From Candidatus Krumholzibacteriota bacterium (GTDB lineage Bacteria > Krumholzibacteriota > Krumholzibacteriia > JAJRXK01): DNA of 64,000 nt. Positions 57,081 to 64,000 of the stretch are shown piece after piece. The position numbers were made by a program, and so were the translations under genes. Under the pieces are notes generated by a model, which searched no databases, had not been told where the DNA came from, and saw only the letters and a program-made list of their open reading frames with translations. Location: contig CAWDWO010000026.1 in NCBI GenBank assembly GCA_963806035.1, forward strand, positions 141,969 to 205,968. The letters run 5' to 3'. How positions within the stretch are numbered: position 1 is the stretch's first letter; every line of letters begins with the position of its first letter.

Positions 57081-58646
57081 TCACCGGGGCCGCGTTTCGA
57101 ACACACGAACCCCGGCGGCCTCATGCAGCAGGGACCAACTTTCCGGGGGATGGAAGACATAGGCCGGTAGTGTGGCTGCCACGGGCCGCCCCTGGCCCCC
57201 CTCGGGACCGCCATACTTCTTCAAGGAGGCCGCGTCGATGACCGCCAGTCCTTCGGGCAGGGTGGCGGGATTGCGATACCAGTTCAGGTAAGCGATCCGC
57301 CCGCCCGGCCAGGGATCGGTCCGCACCATCCTGGCATCGTCATCACTCCCGTGGTAGAGACCGCGCATGTCTTTGTAACGCAGCTCGTAGGCCAGGCGAA
57401 TTCCGGTGCGCCAATGGTCCACCAGGATGGGGAGCTGCGAGTGCTCCTCCGCCAGATGGGCAACTGATCTCCAGGTCTCGTATCTCGGGACATCAAGCCT
57501 TCGAAACCGGACGACCTGATACCCGTAGAGTCCAAGTTCCAAAAGCAGGACTCCCACCGCCCCCACACGCAGAGCGTTGCGTAGCGCGCGACGCCGCAGA
57601 AAAGGCGCGCGTGGATTGGGCGCGAGGCCCAAGAGCTGTGAAACGCCCCACGCTCCCAGGACCGCGGCCGGGATGCTCAGCGGGGTGAGAAAGCGCAGTC
57701 GCTTCAGAATGGGCAGGTAGCTGCCAAGGCTCATGGATCCGAATTCCAGGAAGCAGAAGATCACGAGGATCCACAGGAGCAGACTGCGCGCCTCCTTCGA
57801 GCGCCACACCAGTGCGAGCATTGCCCCCAGCATGAGAAACCACGGGTGCAGTCCCGTCAGACTCAGGGGCGCAATCAGAGTCGAGGGGTACATGCTAAGC
57901 CTGGCCGGTTCGGCCAAGACGCCACTGCTATAGACCTGAGACACCACCTCCGCCCGGTAAAACGGATTTCCAGTGGCCAGCCCGTACAGCAAGAGCAGTC
58001 CACCGATTACCGTGAGGCTACCGAGAGCCACTTGGAACACCTTCGTCCCGCGGACTCTGCGCACCAGAGCATCGATGACGACGTAGGCCGCAAGGATCAG
58101 TGCATAGGGTCGAATGACCGCGGCCAATCCCATGCAGATTCCCGAGAGGTAGGGCAGCGCCCCTGCCCTCTTGGCGGGGTGCATCGTGCCCATGAGCCAC
58201 AGTGCGCCGCTGAAACCCATCAGAACCCCAAAGGGAACGTCGGGCAGAAGAAAAGTGGAAGCGATTCCATCCAGGGGAAACAAGGCCAGCAAGAGTCCCG
58301 CGAGCAATCCGGTATTCGTTCCGAAGAGTCTTTCGCCAAGCACCATGGCACATACTACTCCCAGCAGGGACAAGAGCAGAGGCCACGCGGAAGTCGTGAA
58401 GCGTGAAATCCCGAACCAGCGATAGAGAAGCGACGTGGGAGCGAAGAGCGGGAGACGATGTGCGTACTGATCAGTGTTCTTCAAATCGAAGGTCCCGTGA
58501 GCCAGCTCATGGGCGTACTGCGCGTAGGCCAGGCTATCCGGCGGCATCTCTCCGGTGAAGCTCGCCACGCGGACACCGACCGCGAGGAGGATGACGAGGA
58601 AAAACCAGAGTCGCCGGCGCGAACTTCCGGCTTGGGGAGAATTCAT
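57081..58646 (-). CDS. GT-C (ArnT/PMT-like) membrane glycosyltransferase
   Basis: About 11 TM; DSLAY after TM1, LLPDVP, RFLTP, periplasmic C-domain. Confidence 0.8.
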   Translation of the reverse strand: MNSPQAGSSRRRLWFFLVILLAVGVRVASFTGEMPPDSLAYAQYAHELAHGTFDLKNTDQYAHRLPLFAPTSLLYRWFGISRFTTSAWPLLLSLLGVVCAMVLGERLFGTNTGLLAGLLLALFPLDGIASTFLLPDVPFGVLMGFSGALWLMGTMHPAKRAGALPYLSGICMGLAAVIRPYALILAAYVVIDALVRRVRGTKVFQVALGSLTVIGGLLLLYGLATGNPFYRAEVVSQVYSSGVLAEPARLSMYPSTLIAPLSLTGLHPWFLMLGAMLALVWRSKEARSLLLWILVIFCFLEFGSMSLGSYLPILKRLRFLTPLSIPAAVLGAWGVSQLLGLAPNPRAPFLRRRALRNALRVGAVGVLLLELGLYGYQVVRFRRLDVPRYETWRSVAHLAEEHSQLPILVDHWRTGIRLAYELRYKDMRGLYHGSDDDARMVRTDPWPGGRIAYLNWYRNPATLPEGLAVIDAASLKKYGGPEGGQGRPVAATLPAYVFHPPESWSLLHEAAGVRVFETRPR

Positions 58647-59437
58647 CGCGAAGTTTCTCCACTCGTTTCAGCACCGACCACCGGAGTATCGCGGGGTTCG
58701 AAGAGCGGGGATCGAGTCATGTGCATGCGGTGCAGCGACCACGCCATCAGAGTGTCCAGAGTCTGTATCCCATACTTAGAACTACGAATGAAGCTGATGC
58801 TGCTGGCCTCCTTCATGTAGCGAACCGGGGCTGGTATGTCGCCCAGGCGAAATCCGAAGTGTACCGCCTGCACCAGAAACTGGCTGTCGAAGACGAAGTC
58901 GTCGCTATTCCGTTCCCAGGGGATCGTCTCCAGCACTTCTCTGCGGTAGCCGCGCATGCCTGAATGCCACTCGCCCAGGTTCTGTCCCAGCCAGACGTTC
59001 TCCAGAATGGTCAGAAGACGATTGGAGATGTACTTGTACAGCGGCATCCCGCCCTCCAGTGCCTCCTGTCGGGTACGAATTCGATTGCCCAAGAGCACGT
59101 CACAGTGCTCGTTCCGTAACAGGTCGATCAGCACCGGAACCAGGCGTGCGTCGTACTGGTTGTCGGGATGGAGCATCACCACCACGTCCGCCCCCTTCTC
59201 CAGCGCGAGGCGGTAACAGGTCTTTTGATTCCCCCCGTAGCCCAGGTTCTTTTCGTGTTCCACCACGGTCAGGCCAAGCTGCTTCGCGATCTTCACCGTA
59301 TTGTCGCGGCTGCAATCGTCCACGAGGATCATCTCGTCCACGCTGCCCGGTGGGATCTCGCGCACGGTCTCCTCGATTGCTTCCTCGGCGTTGTACGCCG
59401 GCATCACGACCACGGAATAGCGTTTACTGGATGACAT
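58643..59437 (-). CDS. Polyprenol-phosphate glycosyltransferase-like GT2
   Basis: [37 protein letters not shown]. Confidence 0.9.
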   Translation of the reverse strand: MSSSKRYSVVVMPAYNAEEAIEETVREIPPGSVDEMILVDDCSRDNTVKIAKQLGLTVVEHEKNLGYGGNQKTCYRLALEKGADVVVMLHPDNQYDARLVPVLIDLLRNEHCDVLLGNRIRTRQEALEGGMPLYKYISNRLLTILENVWLGQNLGEWHSGMRGYRREVLETIPWERNSDDFVFDSQFLVQAVHFGFRLGDIPAPVRYMKEASSISFIRSSKYGIQTLDTLMAWSLHRMHMTRSPLFEPRDTPVVGAETSGETSR

Positions 59438-60407
59438 CTCGACCTCTCGATAAACCCGGAACCCTCCCGGCTCTGGCGACCACGATCAGCGATCCCACCA
59501 GGAGAATGAACCAATAATTGATGAAGCGATCCAAGAGTATAACGGCTCCCGCCACGGAATTGGGGATCGACGCCAGAGGGAAAACCTCGCGATAGAGCAA
59601 CTCCACGGTGCCCAATCCCCCAGGGGTCACCGGCAGAAGCGTCAAGACGGCGGCAGACAACGCCAGAAAGGTCAACCATGCGAGCGAGGGCTCTACTCCG
59701 ACCGCGCGCAGGACACATCCCAAGCGGAAAACCTCCAGCAGCCAGAGAGCCACGGTAAGACCCAGCACCGCGGGCGCGAGTTTGGGGGAAAGAGAGGCCT
59801 TGGAGGCTCCCACGAATCGCCCGTGGATGCCGGCGATCCGCTGCGGCAACCAGCGTTGTCCCAGTTCATGGCTTTGAATGAGAACCACGACCCCTACCAC
59901 CAAAACGAGAGTTGCGCCAAAAGCCAGGTTGGCAACCGTCCGGATGTCGGGCGGGAGGGAATGTTGCACCTGCAGGAAGTAGATGCCGGCAAAGAGCGTC
60001 ACCAGAACCAGAATGTCGAAAACTCTGGTGATGAAGACCGTCCCCGCCGTCGCGCTCATCCCAAGTCCGTGCCGATCCCGAATGTAGTAGGTGGAATAGA
60101 GATCGCCGGCTCTTCCGGGAATTGCGCAGTTCACGAACCAGCCCAAAAAGATACCTGATACCAGCGACCTCAACGGGACACTGCCGTGGACTTCGTGCAG
60201 AAGAATACGCCAACGCAGCGCCCGAAGCGGTAGGGAGACATAGAACCCCACCAGACCGACCAGGAGCCAGAGACGGTTGGCCGAGCGTATCGTCTGCCAT
60301 GCCAGTCTCAGATCGAGATGCGCGAGAACCCAGGCGAGAGTTCCCAGTGCCACAGCAAGACCAAATCCCCGCACAACCTTGCTCTTGCCAATGGAGAGTT
60401 GCTTCAT
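59424..60407 (-). CDS. Second UPF0104/LPG-synthase-TM flippase-like protein
   Basis: [28 protein letters not shown]. Confidence 0.85.
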   Translation of the reverse strand: MKQLSIGKSKVVRGFGLAVALGTLAWVLAHLDLRLAWQTIRSANRLWLLVGLVGFYVSLPLRALRWRILLHEVHGSVPLRSLVSGIFLGWFVNCAIPGRAGDLYSTYYIRDRHGLGMSATAGTVFITRVFDILVLVTLFAGIYFLQVQHSLPPDIRTVANLAFGATLVLVVGVVVLIQSHELGQRWLPQRIAGIHGRFVGASKASLSPKLAPAVLGLTVALWLLEVFRLGCVLRAVGVEPSLAWLTFLALSAAVLTLLPVTPGGLGTVELLYREVFPLASIPNSVAGAVILLDRFINYWFILLVGSLIVVARAGRVPGLSRGRDVIQ

Positions 60408-60583
60408 GGCGCCACGGTGAGGGAGCTCGCGGGGTGCAGCGCGCGAGTTGATTGGGAGCACGAAAATAGTCGAAGAGAACCTCGAGAAGGAGTCTAACAC
60501 ACCTTCTCCAGCGACTACCACGATAGATGCTCTGCCAAGCTCGCGTCAACGCGGCTCGAGAAGCGAGCTAAGCCGAAGGTCCT

Positions 60584-61312
60584 CTACCCCTTGGTCCCGG
60601 CAGAAGCAGCTGAGGGTGACTTCGACATGACGAAATAAAACTGCGTTGCTTTGGGCTCGATCTTCCCGAAGCTCACGAGCTTCAGGATACCGTTCAGCAG
60701 CTTCATCACGAGGTCAACCCCAGCATTCTTGCGGCCCAAGACGTCTCGAGAGTCGCCATCTCCCTCGACGGCTCCATAGAGCATTCGTAGACCTCGTCGC
60801 TCCGCGAAACGCCTAATCGCACCGGGGGACATCGTCATCTTCAGATAAGTGGGGAATGGCGGATTTCCCTTGGTGCCGGCCTCCTTCCATCCTCTTACCC
60901 GGCGATAAAACCAGACGTGGAAAGAGTACGGAGTCAACTTTGTGACGATCCCCTTCGTGGAGAGAGGATTCGGCGCAGAGAGGATGATTATCCCCCCTCT
61001 CCCTACTGTATCGGCAAATCTCTCCAGAGCATCTTCTGGCCGTTGCAAGTGTTCGAGCACATCCCAGCAAACGACAGCATCGAACCTTTCGCGGGGCAGT
61101 TCATAGGTCTGGATATCTCCCAAGATCCTCTCTTGCAGTCCCTGATTTCGATCCAACTGACCCTGGGAAATATCGATACCCACCAGATAGGTATCGGCGG
61201 GGAACTTCACGTGGCTGAGTGATCCACAGCCAGCTTCGAGCACTTGGGGACGCGACTTGTCACCGAGTACCGAGTCTATGACCTGTTGAAGTTCTCTGGA
61301 TTTGGTAGACAC
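60584..61312 (-). CDS. Class I SAM-dependent methyltransferase (start uncertain)
   Basis: VLEAGCG, GIDIS, FDAVVCWDVLEH, GG..I...PN. Confidence 0.88.
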   Translation of the reverse strand: MSTKSRELQQVIDSVLGDKSRPQVLEAGCGSLSHVKFPADTYLVGIDISQGQLDRNQGLQERILGDIQTYELPRERFDAVVCWDVLEHLQRPEDALERFADTVGRGGIIILSAPNPLSTKGIVTKLTPYSFHVWFYRRVRGWKEAGTKGNPPFPTYLKMTMSPGAIRRFAERRGLRMLYGAVEGDGDSRDVLGRKNAGVDLVMKLLNGILKLVSFGKIEPKATQFYFVMSKSPSAASAGTKG

Positions 61313-61396
61313 GTTTTGATCGTATTCTCTCTGAGAGCCTCGAATCAACGGAATTCTCGGCCAAGCGAGTCTCTCATGCTGCTTGAGGCCGGGCTT

Positions 61397-63784
61397 TCAT
61401 GGCGTCAACCTCAATCGATAGCAGCTCGGGCCGGGCAGGAGTGGTGTTGCATCACCTTCCTCCCACGCCACGGTACCGTCAATGAAGAAGGGTGAAAGCG
61501 GATGACCGCTCTGCCCCCCCGGCATCTCGAAAATTCCCCGCTCCTCGCGCCCGGGAGAGACTACGAGTCGTTCGCTAGCACCCCGCCGGGGGGACTGAAC
61601 TCGTGGCATCCACGAGTCTCCCGGGAGTTCACGCTTTGGAACAGCCAGCCAATGTCTCAGCCAAGGGAAGAGCCGGCAGAAAGGATGCGCGATGTCCACC
61701 ACGTTGCGCTCGCCCCATCGGTAGTCCTGGAGCTCGTGCCCATCGGCGGTGGCTTTTTCGATGATCTGGTCGACAGCCTCGAGAACGAGCTCATCCCAAT
61801 CCCGGTACTTTCCCGTCAGAAGATTTTGCGGTCGCTTCGTCAGCAACTCCCAGCTCACCGCATGGCGAAACGGTAATGCCGAGGAACGGAAGTCTGGATT
61901 TTTTTGGCGGCAGGGAGCGGTGAGCATGGCGTAGATCTCCGCCACGCATCGTTCCGTGGTCTCGCGTACCAGCCTGTAGGCCACCGACTGCGTGTCCGCG
62001 CGGCCCGACCACTCATCGCGCACGATGCGCAGGAACTCAGCCCGCGGCTCCTCCGCTCCGGGGTCCGCTCTCTGCAAATACCCGAGAAGGAGTCCGCGCC
62101 ACTGGGCCATGAAGACGGCGCGGTCATCGAGTTGAATCGCCAGCATGTCCTTTTCCACCGGTTCGTCCACTGCGCGCAAGTCATCGCGGATCTGCCGGGC
62201 ACGCGCCCCCAGCGCATAACCCCCATCACCGATCAATTCGAGGTCCCTGCCGGCAGTCACGCGGTTGTTGGCCGTCCACAGGCGCCCCTCCGAGGGATCG
62301 ATCAGTTTGGGTTGCTGCTGCGCATCACAGTATCCATCCCAACGGCAACTGCCGTCGGCCCAGGACGCGGGAAACCGGCCGCTGAAACCCATCCGCCTGG
62401 GAATGGCGCCGGCCAAGGTCCAGGCGATGCGCCCTTTACGATCCGCACACACAAAGTTTTGCTCGGGAATGCCCAGACGCGACGCCAACGCCACTGCCGA
62501 ATCGACACTGGTAACGGACTCCATCGCGAGAAGGTTCAAGTTCACCGCACGCGTGTCGTGGGCCGTCCAGTGCAGGGCAAGAGGATGTCCTTCGTCGTCA
62601 CGGGACCATATGGGACCCCAGATGGTCTCATCTACCCAAGCGGTGTCGGCATCGGCGCCCGCGACCTCGATGCGCTCCGCGACACGCTTGAAGCGCCTCC
62701 ATCCCTCGGGAGTGCGGTAGAGCGTTGAGTCGTGCGCAGCGCATTCGAGTCGAACGAGATCGCACCAATCTCCCTGACTGTTGGTGAAGCCCCATGCCAC
62801 ATCCCCGTTGCTTCCCGCCACCAGTGCCGGCGCTCCGGGCAGGGTGACTCCCACGACCGAGCGCGTGCTTTTCCCCTCGGGCCAGCTCATCCGTGCCCGG
62901 AACCAGATGTTGGGCAGAGCATGTCCCAGGTGCATGTCGTTGGCGAGCAGTGCTCCCCCATGGCCACTCAGAGTTCCCGCCACGGCCCAGTTGTTCGATC
63001 CGGCCGGCTCGGGGCGCGCTTCCTCTTCCGGGACTGCGCCTCCGCCCTCCCGGGCGCGACGGCGTCGCAAATCTACCTGACTGGAATCAGGAAGAACGAT
63101 TCCCCGCAGTTCGCCTTTCTCCAGAGGAGCATCCCAGCGGTTGCTCTCGGGGAGCAGCATGGCCACCAGGGCCGAAGAAAGATTTTCCCGGACGCTGGCG
63201 TAGGCCTCCTCGGCGTCCGCGCCGGAAAGACCCAGATCCAGGAACATGGCGTAGAGCGTCAGGAAGGAATCCTCGGGGCGCCAGGGCTTGGGCCTCTGGC
63301 GCAGAAGAAAATACTCGAAGGGTCGCGCGCGGAGAGCGGAGAGCCCCTCGTTCACTCCTTCGCTGTAGGCCCAGAGAATCTGCCGATTTCTTCCCCTGCT
63401 GATCTCCACGAGCCGCTCCGCCTTCTCGCGGAAACGGTGCCGCCGCACGTCCCGATCCAGCGGCAGAAGCGCTGGACCCAAAAGAGCCGAGAGTTCCCCC
63501 GCAGCACTGCGCCGCAAGAGGTCCATCTGGAAGAAACGTTCTTGGGCGTGGAGAAAGCCCAGAGTTCGCGCGGCATCGAGTCGCGTATGGGCTTGGATGT
63601 CGGGAACGCCGAGCGAGTCGCGCGCAACCGTCACGCTCTCGCTCAGGCCGGGCAAGCCGAGTTGACCGCGCAGCTTCGGCAGACTTCCCCGCAGAAGAAG
63701 CGTACCCGCCGTGAGGACGCAGATCGTGAGCACGAGCAGCGTCACGAACACGCCCAGGAAAAGTCTGCGGAATCGACGAGGCAC
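61397..63784 (-). CDS. Penicillin acylase family Ntn-hydrolase
   Basis: N-terminal TM; RD..GVP.I, HAQERFFQMD, GSNNWAV nucleophile, ANDMHL, PGGQSGHP. Confidence 0.93.
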   Translation of the reverse strand: MPRRFRRLFLGVFVTLLVLTICVLTAGTLLLRGSLPKLRGQLGLPGLSESVTVARDSLGVPDIQAHTRLDAARTLGFLHAQERFFQMDLLRRSAAGELSALLGPALLPLDRDVRRHRFREKAERLVEISRGRNRQILWAYSEGVNEGLSALRARPFEYFLLRQRPKPWRPEDSFLTLYAMFLDLGLSGADAEEAYASVRENLSSALVAMLLPESNRWDAPLEKGELRGIVLPDSSQVDLRRRRAREGGGAVPEEEARPEPAGSNNWAVAGTLSGHGGALLANDMHLGHALPNIWFRARMSWPEGKSTRSVVGVTLPGAPALVAGSNGDVAWGFTNSQGDWCDLVRLECAAHDSTLYRTPEGWRRFKRVAERIEVAGADADTAWVDETIWGPIWSRDDEGHPLALHWTAHDTRAVNLNLLAMESVTSVDSAVALASRLGIPEQNFVCADRKGRIAWTLAGAIPRRMGFSGRFPASWADGSCRWDGYCDAQQQPKLIDPSEGRLWTANNRVTAGRDLELIGDGGYALGARARQIRDDLRAVDEPVEKDMLAIQLDDRAVFMAQWRGLLLGYLQRADPGAEEPRAEFLRIVRDEWSGRADTQSVAYRLVRETTERCVAEIYAMLTAPCRQKNPDFRSSALPFRHAVSWELLTKRPQNLLTGKYRDWDELVLEAVDQIIEKATADGHELQDYRWGERNVVDIAHPFCRLFPWLRHWLAVPKRELPGDSWMPRVQSPRRGASERLVVSPGREERGIFEMPGGQSGHPLSPFFIDGTVAWEEGDATPLLPGPSCYRLRLTP

Positions 63785-63796
63785 GCAGCGGGCTCC

Positions 63797-64000
63797 TCAG
63801 ACCAAGCTCTGAAAGAGCGCTTCGAAGTTGTCCGTGATTCGTTCCCAATCGTAGTTGCGTCGCACGTGCTCCACCGCGCGCCGGCCCAGATCTCGAATCC
63901 TCTCCTCGTCTTCCAGAATTTCCTCGAGTTTATTGCGCAGATCCTCCGGATCGCTCTTCGCGAACGAAATGCCCGCGTCACCGATGGTGTTGAGATTCTC
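63797..64000 (-). CDS. GT4 glycosyltransferase, C-terminal fragment (runs off window)
   Basis: Translated ENLNTIGDAG..DPEDLRNKL..RRNYDWERITDNFEALF*. Confidence 0.75.
   Translation of the reverse strand, partial: ENLNTIGDAGISFAKSDPEDLRNKLEEILEDEERIRDLGRRAVEHVRRNYDWERITDNFEALFQSLV

Overview
GC-rich bacterial chromosomal segment, almost all genes on the minus strand. An FCB-superphylum candidate lineage (Krumholzibacteriota/Latescibacterota/Eisenbacteria-like) is inferred from the FlgD-Ig-tailed secreted protein, the PorV-like barrel and the short sigma70; this is not proven. Three blocks are present. (1) 0.2-15.6 kb: a cell-surface locus with GAF-GGDEF cyclase, UDP-sugar dehydrogenase/epimerase, PEP-CTERM protein, Wza, split Wzc, flippase-like protein, PorV-like barrel, exosortase, EpsI, membrane protein and TPR lipoprotein. 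(2) 15.7-41 kb: housekeeping genes, namely tRNA-Arg, trpEGDCFB (no trpA), recN, nadK, dxs, ispA, folD, ymdB, 6S RNA, zapA, pheST, infC(ATC start)-rpmI-rplT with an L20-type attenuator, thrS, tRNA-Val, moaDE, a sigma70 and a stand-alone dnaK. (3) 41-64 kb: a second glycan region with GTs, tRNA-Gly/Cys/Leu, SPOR lipoprotein, degenerate alkaline-phosphatase-fold protein, CrtE-like prenyltransferase, priming GT, DegT, rfbD, metallophosphoesterase-FGE-FlgD protein, radical SAM, GT-C, DPM-like GT2, flippase, methyltransferase and penicillin-acylase-family protein. I saw no CRISPR array, integrase or transposase. The best novelty candidate is the linkage of exosortase/PEP-CTERM sorting with a PorV-like T9SS-type shuttle. 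All calls come from motif recognition by eye, without database searches.
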